Positions 42,083-52,574 of a stretch of DNA of 64,000 nt are shown in pieces (position 1 is the stretch's first letter; every line of letters begins with the position of its first letter). Source of the stretch: an uncultured Candidatus Binatia bacterium (GTDB lineage: Bacteria; Desulfobacterota; Binatia; UBA9968; JAJDTQ01); contig OZ244070.1 of assembly GCA_965215605.1 (NCBI GenBank), positions 2,464,001 to 2,528,000 of the forward strand, written 5' to 3'. The notes under the pieces were generated by a model. The model was not told where the DNA came from. It saw only the letters and a list, made by a program, of their open reading frames with translations, and did not search any database. The translations under genes and the position numbers were made by a program.

Positions 42083-44305
42083 ATGAGCACGGTCAAAAAG
42101 GACGAAGAGACGCTCCGGGCCGAGGATCGGACGCGGCGCAGGCGTGAAGGCTGGCTGATACTCATCGCCGCCCTGATGATCCTGCTGTTCGCGTTCTTCG
42201 AGGATCTCCTGCCGGATGTCGCGGCGGACTACGCCTTCACCGGCAACGTCGCGTTCTTCCTGCTGGTCAACATCAACATCATCCTGCTGGTGCTGCTGGT
42301 CTTCCTGGTTTCGCGGAACCTCCTGAAGCTGGTGCTGGACCGGCGCAAGCGCATCCTCGGTTCCCGGCTGCAGGGGAGGCTGGTGTTGGCCTTCGTGGGC
42401 ATCTCCCTGGTGCCCACCGTGATGCTGTTCCTGATCGCCGAGAGCCTGGTGACGCGTTCCGTCGACAAGTGGTTTGACTCGCAGATCGTGAACGCCCTGA
42501 GGGGCTCCCTCGACATCAGCGCCACCTACTATCAGAACTCCGCGGACAACGCGCTTTACTTCGCCCGGCAGCTCAGCCAGCGCGTGGGCGACGGGCGGCT
42601 TCTGGAAGCGAAGAAGATCGACGGGCTGAAGCGTCTCGTGGAGGAAAAGCAGCGCGAGTACAATCTCGGCACGGTGGAGGTCTACAAGCCGGACGGGACC
42701 GCGCTGGTGAAGGCCTTCAACGACCAGGTGCCCACCGGGGTCACGGTGAGTTCGCAGGCGGATTTCCTCAACAGCGCGCTGCGGGGCCTGGAGGCGACCC
42801 GCACCCAATCCCTGGGCGAGGGCGACGTGCTGCGGGGCGCGGTGCCGGTGTACGGGGAGGGGAGGAGGATTATCGGGGCGGTGGTGGTGGACTACTTCGT
42901 GCCCACGAGCGTCAGCAAGAAGGCGCAGCAGATATCGCGCTCGTACGAGGAACACAAGCACTTGGCGGTCCTCAAGGAGCCCGTCAAGAACACCTATATC
43001 CTGACCCTGCTGCTCATCACCCTGGTGATGATCTTCGCGGCCACCTGGTTCGGGCTCGCGCTGGCCAAGGGCATCACCGTGCCGATCCAGCAGTTCGCGG
43101 AAGGGACCCACGAGGTCGCCCACGGCAACCTGGACTATCGCATCGAATCCGGCGGCGACGACGAGATCGGAGCGCTGGTGGCGTCCTTCAATCAAATGAC
43201 CGCGGATCTCAAGCACACCAACTCCGAGCTGGAGCAGCGGCGGCAATACATGGAGACGCTGCTGGCCAACATCACGGCCGGAGTGATTTCGGTGGACTGG
43301 TCGGGCAAGGTCACCATCATCAACAAGGCGGCCGAGCTGATGCTGGGCATCCACGCCGGGGACGTGCTCCGCCGGGACTACGAGGAAGCGCTGCAAGCCC
43401 CCGATCTGGCGCCCTTGCTCGACGTGATCAAGCAGGTCAGGGACAGTTCCGGCGTGGAACGCGACGTACGGATCGTGGGCCGCGACCGGCCCCTGACGCT
43501 CATGACCGTGGCCGCCAGCCTACGGGACGACGACGGCAACACGCTCGGCATCATGGTCTTCATGGAGGACATTACCGAGATCCAGAAGATCCAGCGGGTG
43601 GAGGCTTGGCGCGAGGTGGCGCGCCGCATCGCTCACGAGATCAAGAATCCGCTGACGCCGATCCAGCTTTCGGCGCAACGTCTGCGGAAGCGTTACGAGA
43701 ACGTTCTGGACGGAGACGGGGCCGTGCTCGACAAGTGCACGTCCACCATCATCCGGCAAGTGGACGAGCTCAAGACCCTGGTGAACGAGTTCTCCAACTT
43801 CGCCCGGCTGCCCACCGCCCAACTCGTTGCGGACGATCTCAACGAGGTGGTCCGCGAAGCGCTTTTCCTGTTCAAGGAAGGGCACCGGGACGTCGAGTTC
43901 GACTTCTCGGAGGATGCCTCGGTTCCGCCTGTCGAGCTGGATCGCGAGCAGATCAAGCGCGCCATCTTCAACTTGTTGGACAACGCCGTGGCTTCGCTCG
44001 ACGGCACGGGGCGCGTCGAGATCGCCATCCGGTTCGACGAGGCTTTCGGCATGGTGCGGCTGGAGGTGGCGGACGAAGGGGAAGGCATCGCCCGGGAGGA
44101 CCGGGGCCGGATCTTCGAGCCCTACTACTCCACCAAGAAGGACGGCACGGGGCTGGGTCTGTCCATCGTGGGAACCATCGTCGCCGACCACCGGGGATAC
44201 ATCCGCGTGCGCCAGAACCAGCCCCACGGAACACGCTTCATCGTCGAGCTCCCCTCGGCCTTGCAGGCGGACGCCCAGGATTTCCGTGCCAGCGAGGCAT
44301 CCTGA
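42083..44305 (+). CDS. NtrY-like membrane sensor histidine kinase (TM-periplasmic-HAMP-PAS-HisKA-HATPase)
   Basis: N-terminal TMs, SVDKWF, HAMP DEIGALVASFNQMT, PAS, AWREVARRIAHEIKNPLTPIQLSAQRL, NLLDNA, DEGEGI, GTGLGL. Confidence 0.92.
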   Translation: MSTVKKDEETLRAEDRTRRRREGWLILIAALMILLFAFFEDLLPDVAADYAFTGNVAFFLLVNINIILLVLLVFLVSRNLLKLVLDRRKRILGSRLQGRLVLAFVGISLVPTVMLFLIAESLVTRSVDKWFDSQIVNALRGSLDISATYYQNSADNALYFARQLSQRVGDGRLLEAKKIDGLKRLVEEKQREYNLGTVEVYKPDGTALVKAFNDQVPTGVTVSSQADFLNSALRGLEATRTQSLGEGDVLRGAVPVYGEGRRIIGAVVVDYFVPTSVSKKAQQISRSYEEHKHLAVLKEPVKNTYILTLLLITLVMIFAATWFGLALAKGITVPIQQFAEGTHEVAHGNLDYRIESGGDDEIGALVASFNQMTADLKHTNSELEQRRQYMETLLANITAGVISVDWSGKVTIINKAAELMLGIHAGDVLRRDYEEALQAPDLAPLLDVIKQVRDSSGVERDVRIVGRDRPLTLMTVAASLRDDDGNTLGIMVFMEDITEIQKIQRVEAWREVARRIAHEIKNPLTPIQLSAQRLRKRYENVLDGDGAVLDKCTSTIIRQVDELKTLVNEFSNFARLPTAQLVADDLNEVVREALFLFKEGHRDVEFDFSEDASVPPVELDREQIKRAIFNLLDNAVASLDGTGRVEIAIRFDEAFGMVRLEVADEGEGIAREDRGRIFEPYYSTKKDGTGLGLSIVGTIVADHRGYIRVRQNQPHGTRFIVELPSALQADAQDFRASEAS

Positions 44306-44349
44306 GCCGGAGCGGGCCGAACCGAGACGTCATGGAGGATCCAGAAAAC

Positions 44350-45696
44350 ATGGAGTCAGCCCAAAGAACCGTGCTGGTGGTGGACGACGAGGACGTCATC
44401 CGCGAAACCGTACGCGAGATTCTCACCGACGAGGGCTACCGCGTGGTGGCCGCCGCCAACGGTTCGGAGGTCCTGGGCCTGGTGGAGAATGAGAGGCCCG
44501 ACGTCATCCTCCTGGACATCTGGATGCCCGAGATGGACGGGATCGTCCTCCTCAAGCAGATCAAGCGGGAGCATCCGGACGCCCGGATCGTCATGATCTC
44601 CGGCCACGGGAGCATTCACACGGCGGTAACGGCCACGCAGTTGGGGGCGTTCGATTTCATCGAGAAGCCGCTTTCCCTGGACGGGTTGCTGGCCACCGTC
44701 GAGCGGGCCTGCGGTGACGCGGGGCGCGAGGGTCCCGCCGCCGACGAGGGGCCGCGGGCGCTCCGAACCGGCCTCCCGGGGCTGTCGGCCCAAGGAGGTT
44801 TCCAAGGCAACGGCGGCGTGCCCCAGAAGACCCTCAGGAAAAGCGTGGTGGCGTGCGGTCTGGGCCTGCATTCAGGCGTCAGCACGGGCGTCATCCTGCA
44901 TCCCTTGCCGGAGGACAGCGGCATCCACTTCGGCGGAATCTCCGCCGACGCCACCGTGCCGGCGCATCTGGACTACGTGCGATCCACGGACTTCGCCACC
45001 TCGCTCCAGCGCGGCGGCGTGGTGGTGGGCACGGTGGAGCACCTGCTGGCGACGCTCCACTCGTACGGCATCACCAACCTGCTGATCAAGATGTACGGCG
45101 AGATTCCCATCATGGACGGCTCCGCCATGGAGTTCTGCCGGTTGATCGAGGAAGCTGGGGTGGTGGAGCAGCCGGGGCGATGCCCCGAGATCGTCATCGA
45201 CCGGACCCTTCGCGTAACCGGGGACGGGCAGGAAGAGATTTTCATCGAGCCGGCCGACCGGTTCATCGTCCACTACCGGCTTCAATATCCGCGTCCGGTG
45301 GGGATGCAGGAGTACACCTACGTGCACGAGGGCGCGGATTCGTTCCGCGACCAGGTCGCCCCTGCCCGGACTTTCGGTTTCCTGCGCGACTTCGAGAAAC
45401 TCGAGCGGATGGGCCTGATCAAGGGCGGCCGGCTCGGCAACTGCATCCTCTTCGACGAAGAGAAGGTCATCAACACGGAGTTGCGGTTCGACGACGAGCT
45501 CGCTCGCCACAAGATCCTGGATATCGTGGGAGACTTCTCGCTCATCGGCGGTTCCGTGCGCGGCCGGGTGACCGCGAACATGACGGGTCATGCCGACAAC
45601 ATCGCGTTGTTGCGGCAGGTCGCGGAAATCTATTGCCCCTCGGATGACCGGACCGCCGGCGGGGCCCGCCCCCATCCGGATCCGCTGTCCCCTTGA
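44350..45696 (+). CDS. lpxC: Receiver domain fused to UDP-3-O-acyl-GlcNAc deacetylase (REC-LpxC)
   Basis: REC: VLVVDDE, LLDIWMPEMDG, MISGHG, FDFIEKP. LpxC from about 44824: QKTLRKSV..GLGLHSG, TVEHLLATL, EIPIMDGSA, ARTFGF, HKILDIVGD, TGH. Single uninterrupted frame; ATG 44350 after GGAGGA. Confidence 0.92.
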   Translation: MESAQRTVLVVDDEDVIRETVREILTDEGYRVVAAANGSEVLGLVENERPDVILLDIWMPEMDGIVLLKQIKREHPDARIVMISGHGSIHTAVTATQLGAFDFIEKPLSLDGLLATVERACGDAGREGPAADEGPRALRTGLPGLSAQGGFQGNGGVPQKTLRKSVVACGLGLHSGVSTGVILHPLPEDSGIHFGGISADATVPAHLDYVRSTDFATSLQRGGVVVGTVEHLLATLHSYGITNLLIKMYGEIPIMDGSAMEFCRLIEEAGVVEQPGRCPEIVIDRTLRVTGDGQEEIFIEPADRFIVHYRLQYPRPVGMQEYTYVHEGADSFRDQVAPARTFGFLRDFEKLERMGLIKGGRLGNCILFDEEKVINTELRFDDELARHKILDIVGDFSLIGGSVRGRVTANMTGHADNIALLRQVAEIYCPSDDRTAGGARPHPDPLSP

Positions 45697-45711
45697 TGCC
45701 GGCCGTGATCG

Positions 45712-46128
45712 TCAGTTCCCGTCGAGTCCCAGCCGCCCGGCGAAGGGCTCGGGGAGCCGGAGGAGCTTGCGGTCGCGGCCGAGGCAGGCGTGCTTGGTCC
45801 AGCCCGAAGCCAGGGCGGCGCGTTCCCCCTCCAGACAGATCCGATAGTTGAATCGCAGGGCCACCCGGCTGAGGGACTCCACGGTGGTCTCGATCCGCAG
45901 CAGATTGTCGTAGACGGCCGGCCTGCGGTAACGGCACTGGACCTCGGTGACCGGGAAGAAGACGCCGTCCCGTTCCGCCTGGTCATAGGGGAAGCCGGCC
46001 TCCCGCATGAGCTCGGTCCTGCCGATCTCGAACCAGCGGAGGTAGTTCGCGTAGTAGGCGACGCCCATCTGGTCGGTATCGCCGTATATGACACGATAGG
46101 TGGTGATGTTCTTCACGGTCGGCGCCAA
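45712..46128 (-). CDS. Acyl-CoA thioesterase (YbgC/FadM family)
   Basis: RVIYGDTDQMGVAYYANYLRWFEIGRTE. Confidence 0.9.
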   Translation of the reverse strand: MAPTVKNITTYRVIYGDTDQMGVAYYANYLRWFEIGRTELMREAGFPYDQAERDGVFFPVTEVQCRYRRPAVYDNLLRIETTVESLSRVALRFNYRICLEGERAALASGWTKHACLGRDRKLLRLPEPFAGRLGLDGN

Positions 46129-46176
46129 CTCAAGGCCCGTAGGACGAACGCGCCGCGAGCACCCGGGGAACCCCGG

Positions 46177-47100
46177 TCAGTCGTCGGCTTTATCGCTCGG
46201 CGGGGCGGGTTGATTGAAGTCCCAGCGGTCACGGCTGGCCACCCGGATGTCCAGGGAACCGTCCCCGCGGATCACGTGGAAGGTGATGAGATCCCCCGCC
46301 CGCTTCTTCCAGACTTCCCGGTAGAGCTGGGGCCGCGTCTGCACTTCCTGTTCCTCCACGGAAAGGATGATGTCGCCCTGCTTGAGGCCCGCCGCTTCCG
46401 CGGGCCCCGACGGGGTGACCCCGGTGACCACCACGTGGCCGCCGAGACCCTGCGGGTACAGGCCGAGCCAGGGGCGGGGCGGGCGGCTCTGGACACGCCC
46501 GAAACGCCTGAGCTCGTCGGCGTCCCGAAGGTAGCACTCCACCGGGATGGCGAGCGTGAACTTGCCGACGTCGTTCAGGTTCAGGGACACGACCCCGAGG
46601 AGGCGGCCGCGGGAGTCCGCCAGCGTGCCCCCGCCGAACCCGGGATTGAACGTGCTCACCCGGATGGATCGTTCGAGCAGGTATTCCCACTGTCCGTCGT
46701 AGCCTTCGAGAGAGGTCACGTTGCCGTCGCTGACCCGCCGGTTGTTCTGTCCGCTGCTGGCGATCATGAACGCGGGTTGACCCACGGCGACGGACTCCGC
46801 CGGGCGAAGGAACGGGAGGTCGGCGGCGTCGATGTCGACCAGCGCGAGTCCGGTGTCGAAGTCCTGCGCGGTCAGGCGGCCCGGGTATTGCTTCCCGTCC
46901 GACAAGGTAACGGTAATCGCTTCGGCGCCGTTGACGACGTAGTTGACGGTCAGGATGGTGCCCGCGGGATCGACGATGGTGCCGGAGCCCATGCGCTCGG
47001 TGCCCAGGTTCCGGGCGGACGGGTGGTGTGACGGCACCCTCGTGTTGAGGTCCACCGTGGCCAGCAGCACAGCATGCACCAGACCCAGCCGCGCGTTCAC
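46177..47100 (-). CDS. S1C/HtrA-like trypsin-fold plus PDZ protein lacking canonical catalytic His and Ser
   Basis: MGSGTIVD, LTVNYVV, DFDTGLALV, FNPGFGGG, RPWLGL, SGPAEAAGLKQGDII; GTG 47100 after GGAGG. Confidence 0.8.
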   Translation of the reverse strand: MNARLGLVHAVLLATVDLNTRVPSHHPSARNLGTERMGSGTIVDPAGTILTVNYVVNGAEAITVTLSDGKQYPGRLTAQDFDTGLALVDIDAADLPFLRPAESVAVGQPAFMIASSGQNNRRVSDGNVTSLEGYDGQWEYLLERSIRVSTFNPGFGGGTLADSRGRLLGVVSLNLNDVGKFTLAIPVECYLRDADELRRFGRVQSRPPRPWLGLYPQGLGGHVVVTGVTPSGPAEAAGLKQGDIILSVEEQEVQTRPQLYREVWKKRAGDLITFHVIRGDGSLDIRVASRDRWDFNQPAPPSDKADD

Positions 47101-47253
47101 GCCCCACCTCCCAAAGGTTCCCAAGCTCGGGGAACCGGAATCGAGGCTCTTTGCGTTAGCAGAAACGTTCTGAGTTCACAAGGTATCGGGGGCGCGCGCC
47201 ACGTTGACAACGGCGTCTCGGGCCGGGTATCAAGTCTGGACTGGAGTGGCCTT

Positions 47254-47772
47254 GTGAAAATCCCCATCAACCGGATCGAGACCGTTCCCAAGGAAAGCCG
47301 TTTCTCCGAGGTCCCCGACATGGGCCACGAGGAACGCCCGGCGGCGGTGCGCTTTCCCTCGCCGATCCAGGTGAACGTCACCTACTACCGGTCGGGTCGG
47401 GAGCTGTTCTTTCACGGCGGACTCAAGGGTCAGGTGGAGGCGGACTGCAGCCGTTGTCTGGAAGGCGTCGCCTTCGTCATCGAAAAAAACTTCGACTTCG
47501 TGTTGACCCCGGACCCCCTTCCGACTAATAAAAACAGGGAGCTCACGGACGACGAGATGGGCCTGAGTTTCTACTCCGGGGACGATGTCGAGTTGTCGCC
47601 CTACGTCCGTGAGCAGATGTTGCTCGCCCTGCCTCTCCGGCCGCTTTGCAGCGAAAGCTGTCGTGGCCTGTGTCCCGGTTGCGGTGCCGAGTTGAACCGG
47701 ACTGGTTGTGAGTGCACGTCGCCGGGTGATCCCCGCATGGCGGTATTTCGTAATCTCCGGCTGGACCGTTAG
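47254..47772 (+). CDS. YceD/DUF177 protein
   Basis: CSRCL, EQMLLALPLRPLCSESCRGLCPGCG, DPR; directly upstream of rpmF. Confidence 0.9.
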   Translation: MKIPINRIETVPKESRFSEVPDMGHEERPAAVRFPSPIQVNVTYYRSGRELFFHGGLKGQVEADCSRCLEGVAFVIEKNFDFVLTPDPLPTNKNRELTDDEMGLSFYSGDDVELSPYVREQMLLALPLRPLCSESCRGLCPGCGAELNRTGCECTSPGDPRMAVFRNLRLDR

Positions 47773-47883
47773 CGCCGGCAAAGAAACTACAAAAGTGTCC
47801 TGGAAACGCGGCCGATGGGACGACCGGACCAGCAGATCGGCACACGCATCTCATGAGGCAGGACACTAGGACGGAAGACAAAC

Positions 47884-48066
47884 ATGCCCGTACCCAAGAG
47901 ACGAACCTCCAACAGCAAGAGAAACAAGCGCCGATCCCATGACGCCATTGCCGCTCCACAGTGGACGACGTGCTCTCGCTGTGGGGAAGCGACCCTGAGG
48001 CACAGAGCCTGCGCCGGTTGCGGCTACTACAAGACCCGGTCCGTGCTCCCCGGCGAAGAGACCTAG
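47884..48066 (+). CDS. rpmF: 50S ribosomal protein L32
   Basis: MPVPKRRTSNSKRNKRRSH...CSRCG...HRACAGCGYY. Confidence 0.96.
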   Translation: MPVPKRRTSNSKRNKRRSHDAIAAPQWTTCSRCGEATLRHRACAGCGYYKTRSVLPGEET

Positions 48067-48139
48067 TGCCCCGCAGCGTCCAAATGGAGCCCAAGATGCG
48101 CAGGACAGGCCGCTAGGACCTGCCCGTAGCCTATCCGTG

Positions 48140-49132
48140 ATGCGGCGGATTATCGTTGATGCGATGGGCGGTGACCACGGCCCTGGCGTTGTCGTCACGG
48201 GCGCCCTTCAGGCCGCGGACGAGTACGGAGTGGAGATCGTCCTGGTCAGCGAGTCCGGCGCCGTGGAGTCCGAGTTGTCGCGCCGCAAGCTCAACCCGTC
48301 CGCGGTGCACGTCCTGCCCGCCGCGACCTCCATCGACATGCACGAATCTCCCACCCGTGCGTTGAAGCAGAAGGATTCTTCCATGAGGGTCGCCTTCGAC
48401 CGGTTGAAGGCGGGCGAGGGAGACGCGGTGGTGAGCGCGGGAAATTCGGGCGCCATGATGGCCATCGGGATGTTCGTGCTGGGCCGGCTTCCCGGTGTCG
48501 ACCGGCCGGCGATCCTGACCGTCGCCCCGTCGGTGTCCGGCGGAACGGTGCTGCTTGACGGAGGCGCCAACACGGACTGCAAGCCTCGGCAATTGGAGCA
48601 GTTCGCGCACATGGGCGCCATTTACGCGGAGAAGATCCTGGGCATCACCGGACCGCGGGTGGGCGTCCTGAGCAACGGGGAAGAGGACGAGAAGGGAAAC
48701 GAGCTCACGCGCGAAGCGGTCCGCGAGCTGCGTTCCGCCGGCCTCGACTTTGTGGGCCACGTGGAAGGCCGCGACATCACCAACGGCCGGGTGAACGTGG
48801 TGGTCTGCGACGGTTTTACCGGCAACGTGGCGTTGAAGACCATGGAGGGGCTCGGACAGTTCGTATCCACGGTCCTGAAGGGGGCGTTCCGGAGCAGCCT
48901 GCTCAGCCGCGTCGGCTACCTGCTGAGCCGCCGGGCCATTGCACGGGCGTATGACCGCCTGGACTACGCTCACTACGGCGGCGCCCCTCTGGTGGGGTTG
49001 AACGGCGTGGCCATCGTGGCCCACGGGGGCTCGTCGGCCAGGGCTATCAAGAACGCCGTGCGGGTGGCGGCGGAAGCCGTGTCGCAGGACATCAACGGCT
49101 ATATCGTGAACGTGTTGAATCGGGAGTCCTGA
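48140..49132 (+). CDS. plsX: Phosphate acyltransferase PlsX
   Basis: VDAMGGDHGP, SAGNSGA, GVDRPA, GEEDEKGN, DGFTGNVALK, YGGAPLVG, HGGS. Confidence 0.95.
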   Translation: MRRIIVDAMGGDHGPGVVVTGALQAADEYGVEIVLVSESGAVESELSRRKLNPSAVHVLPAATSIDMHESPTRALKQKDSSMRVAFDRLKAGEGDAVVSAGNSGAMMAIGMFVLGRLPGVDRPAILTVAPSVSGGTVLLDGGANTDCKPRQLEQFAHMGAIYAEKILGITGPRVGVLSNGEEDEKGNELTREAVRELRSAGLDFVGHVEGRDITNGRVNVVVCDGFTGNVALKTMEGLGQFVSTVLKGAFRSSLLSRVGYLLSRRAIARAYDRLDYAHYGGAPLVGLNGVAIVAHGGSSARAIKNAVRVAAEAVSQDINGYIVNVLNRES

Positions 49133-50079
49133 TGCCGGACGGAAACGACATCGCCTTCGTCTTCCCGGGGCAGGGCTCGCAGGCCGTAGGCATGGGCAAG
49201 GCCCTGTGCGACCAGTTCGCCGAGGCGAGGGCCGCTTTCGAGGAAGCCGAGGATGCTCTGGGGCTGGATATGCGGGAGTTGTGCTTCCGCGGCCCGGAAG
49301 CCGATCTCAACCGCACGGAATACACCCAGCCCGCGATCCTGACGGCGTCCGTGGCCGCGTTGCGGGTGCTCGAACGGCAAGGCGGGGTGCGGCCCTCGTG
49401 GGTGGCCGGACACAGCCTCGGCGAGTACAGCGCGCTCGTTTGCGCGGGCGCGTTTCGGCTCGCGGACGCGGCGGTCGTGGTCCGCGAGCGGGGCCGCCTG
49501 ATGCAGGAAGCCGTGCCCCAGGGCGAGGGGGGCATGGCCGCGATTCTCGGGCTGGACACGGCCGCGGTGCGCAAGCTCTGCGCGGAGGCGGCGGACGGCG
49601 AGGTGGTGGCGCCGGCCAATCTGAACGGCGGCGGACAGGTGGTGGTCTCGGGAGCCCGCGGAGCCGTGGAGCGGGCTTCGCAACTGGCGCGGGACCGGGG
49701 CGCGAGGAGGGTGGTGGAGCTGGCGGTGAGCGCTCCCTTCCACTGCGCGCTGATGCGGCCGGCCGCGGAAGGGCTGCGCGAGGTGCTGGAGGGCGTGGCG
49801 GTAGCACCGCTTGCGGCAGGGGTCGTCACCAACGTGGAGGCGTCGCTGAACTCCGACCCCGAGCGCGTCAAGCCGCTTCTGGTGGAACAGGTGGTGGCGC
49901 CGGTCCGATGGGAAGAGTCGGTGCACGCCCTCCGGGCGCTCGGCTGCCGGCGCGCCGTCGAGTTGGGGCCGGGGAAGATCCTGTCCGGACTCGTCCGGCG
50001 CATCGATCGGGACATCAAGACCCTGAACCTGGACCAGCCCGGGGACCTGGACAAGGTGCTGGAGGAACTGGGAAGCTGA
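49132..50079 (+). CDS. fabD: Malonyl-CoA:ACP transacylase
   Basis: FPGQGSQAVGMG, TQPAI, AGHSLGEY, VSAPFHC. Confidence 0.95.
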   Translation: MPDGNDIAFVFPGQGSQAVGMGKALCDQFAEARAAFEEAEDALGLDMRELCFRGPEADLNRTEYTQPAILTASVAALRVLERQGGVRPSWVAGHSLGEYSALVCAGAFRLADAAVVVRERGRLMQEAVPQGEGGMAAILGLDTAAVRKLCAEAADGEVVAPANLNGGGQVVVSGARGAVERASQLARDRGARRVVELAVSAPFHCALMRPAAEGLREVLEGVAVAPLAAGVVTNVEASLNSDPERVKPLLVEQVVAPVRWEESVHALRALGCRRAVELGPGKILSGLVRRIDRDIKTLNLDQPGDLDKVLEELGS

Positions 50080-50081
50080 CC

Positions 50082-50834
50082 ATGGCCGCGGGACCGCTGA
50101 CGGACAAGGTCGCCCTCGTGACGGGCGGCAGCAGGGGCATCGGGCGGGAGATCGTCCTGTGTCTGGCCCGGCAGGGCGCGCGGGTGGTCATCAACTACCG
50201 GGAGAATCGCAAAGCGGCCGAGGGGGTGCTGGAGAAGGTCCTGGGCGAGGATGGCCTCGCCGAGCTGGCGCCCTTCGACGTCGCCCGGCAGGACGAGGTC
50301 GACGAGGCCGTCAAGGAGGTCATTGACCGGCATGAAAAAGTTGATATTTTAGTCAACAATGCGGGGCTGACCGTCGACGGTCTGTTGGTGCGCCAGTCGG
50401 CTCCCGACTGGGACCGGATCATCGACGTCAATCTCAGGGGCGTCTTCCATTGCACCAGGGCCGCCAGCAGGAGGATGATCCGGCAGCGGTACGGCCGTAT
50501 CGTCAATATCACCTCGGTGGCGGGTCAAATGGGGAATGTTGGCCAGTCCGTATACGCCGCCTCCAAGGCGGGTATCGAGGGATTTACCAAATCCATGGCC
50601 AGAGAGTTGGCGCCGCGAGGAATCACCGTCAATGCCGTGGCTCCGGGATTCATCGAAACGGAAATGACGGCGAGCCTGGGCGAGGAAATCCGGGGCAGGT
50701 ACCTTGGCGCGATTCCCTTGGCCCGGTTCGGCGGCGGGGACGACGTAGCCCTGACGGTGGCGTTTCTAGCGGGCCCCGGCGGGGGATACATTACCGGGCA
50801 AACCATCGCGGTCAACGGCGGGCTGTACATGTGA
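50082..50834 (+). CDS. fabG: 3-oxoacyl-ACP reductase
   Basis: [39 protein letters not shown]. Confidence 0.95.
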   Translation: MAAGPLTDKVALVTGGSRGIGREIVLCLARQGARVVINYRENRKAAEGVLEKVLGEDGLAELAPFDVARQDEVDEAVKEVIDRHEKVDILVNNAGLTVDGLLVRQSAPDWDRIIDVNLRGVFHCTRAASRRMIRQRYGRIVNITSVAGQMGNVGQSVYAASKAGIEGFTKSMARELAPRGITVNAVAPGFIETEMTASLGEEIRGRYLGAIPLARFGGGDDVALTVAFLAGPGGGYITGQTIAVNGGLYM

Positions 50835-50899
50835 CTCCGCCAGGTGGATCGGCAACGAAGAGCATTTCGCGCGGCGCGATACGAACAGGAGGTAACGAG

Positions 50900-51136
50900 A
50901 TGGCGACAGACGTCGAGGCGAGGGTCAAGGAGATCATTTGCGAACAACTGGGAGTGAGCGACGGAGAGGTCAGCCCGGAAGCCTCGTTCATCGAGGATCT
51001 GGGAGCCGATTCCCTGGACATCGTCGAGCTGGTCATGGCGTTGGAGGAAGAGTACGAGATGGAGATCTCCGACGAGGACGCCGAGAAGATCAAGACGGTC
51101 CAGGACGTCATCGAATACATCGTAAGTCACCGTTAG
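50900..51136 (+). CDS. acpP: Acyl carrier protein
   Basis: [19 protein letters not shown]; AGGAGG RBS. Confidence 0.96.
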   Translation: MATDVEARVKEIICEQLGVSDGEVSPEASFIEDLGADSLDIVELVMALEEEYEMEISDEDAEKIKTVQDVIEYIVSHR

Positions 51137-51269
51137 CGCCGGGCATCGGCAGGGTCACGGGCGCCGTCCGTGGTTCACGAAGGGCCAACGGCCTTCCGGG
51201 CACGTCGCCGGACGCGCGTGTCCGCGGACTCGCTGCGGCCCGAACAAGCTTTGAGACGAGGGTACGAGA

Positions 51270-52535
51270 TTGATCAACGCCAGCCTGGAGCAAGTCGATC
51301 CAGAGGTTTTCGAGGCGATCGGCAACGAGAGCGAGCGCCTGGAGTCCAACCTCGAGTTGATCGCGTCGGAAAACGTGGTCAGCGAGGCCGTCCTCGAGGC
51401 GCAGGGCTGCCTCATGACCAACAAGTATGCCGAGGGCTATCCCGGCAGGCGCTACTACGGCGGGTGCGAGTACGTGGACGTGGTGGAGCGGCTGGCGGTG
51501 GAGCGGGCCCGGGATCTCTTCGGGGCGGAGCACGTCAACGTCCAGGCGCACTCGGGCACCCAGGCCAACATGGCGGTCTACTTCGCGGTGCTGAATCCCG
51601 GCGACACCTACCTCGGCATGGACCTCTCCCACGGCGGCCACCTGTCCATGGGGAGTCCGGTGAACTTCTCCGGCCGCCTCTACAACGTCGTGGCGTACGG
51701 CGTGTCCGAGGAGACGGAATTTCTCGACTACGACGCTCTGGCCGAGTTGGCGCGCGAGCATCGGCCGCGGCTCATCGTGGCCGGAGCGAGCGCCTATCCG
51801 CGGACCGTGGACTACGAACGGTTCCGCGCCATCGCCGACGAGGTCGGCGCCTTGCTGATGGTGGACATGGCGCACATCGCCGGACTGGTTGCGGCCGGCT
51901 GCCACCCGAGCCCGATCCCCCATGCGGACTTCGTGACCACGACGACCCACAAGACCCTGCGCGGACCCCGCGGCGGGATGATCCTCTGCCGCGAGGAGCA
52001 CGCCAAGACCCTCAACAGCCGCGTCTTCCCGGGCATGCAGGGCGGTCCTTTGATGCATATCATCGCCGCCAAGGCGGTGGCCTTGAAGGAAGCGGCCACG
52101 CCGGAGTTCGCGAGCTATCAACGACAGATCGTCGCCAACGCAAAGGAGCTGGCCAAGGCCCTGACGGAGCGGAGCTTCCGACTCGTCTCGGGCGGTACCG
52201 ACAACCATCTGATGCTCATGGACCTGCGTGAGTCGGAGCTCACCGGCAAGCTCGCCCAGGAAACGCTGGAGCGGGCCGGGATCACCGCGAACCGGAACAC
52301 GGTACCCTTCGAAACCCGCTCGCCGTTCGTGACCAGCGGCGTCCGCATCGGCACCCCGGCCGTCACCACCCGCGGCATGAAGGAGCCGGAGATGCGGGTC
52401 ATCGCCGAGCTGATCCAGCGGGGGCTCGCCCACGTCGGCGACGAGGACGGTCTGGCCGCCATCGCCGCCGAGGTCCGGACCCTGTGTGAACGCTTTCCCG
52501 TCTACCGCAAGGACTCGCCGGCCAGACAGCCCTGA
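51270..52535 (+). CDS. glyA: Serine hydroxymethyltransferase
   Basis: [43 protein letters not shown]. Confidence 0.96.
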   Translation: MINASLEQVDPEVFEAIGNESERLESNLELIASENVVSEAVLEAQGCLMTNKYAEGYPGRRYYGGCEYVDVVERLAVERARDLFGAEHVNVQAHSGTQANMAVYFAVLNPGDTYLGMDLSHGGHLSMGSPVNFSGRLYNVVAYGVSEETEFLDYDALAELAREHRPRLIVAGASAYPRTVDYERFRAIADEVGALLMVDMAHIAGLVAAGCHPSPIPHADFVTTTTHKTLRGPRGGMILCREEHAKTLNSRVFPGMQGGPLMHIIAAKAVALKEAATPEFASYQRQIVANAKELAKALTERSFRLVSGGTDNHLMLMDLRESELTGKLAQETLERAGITANRNTVPFETRSPFVTSGVRIGTPAVTTRGMKEPEMRVIAELIQRGLAHVGDEDGLAAIAAEVRTLCERFPVYRKDSPARQP

Positions 52536-52574
52536 ACGCGGCGGGTCTTCGCGTCCCGGAACGTCAGGCATGCC

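Noticed and set aside
51137-51269. ZTP or glycine riboswitch upstream of glyA
   Set aside because: Could not find the conserved core sequences by eye; an Rfam scan would settle it.
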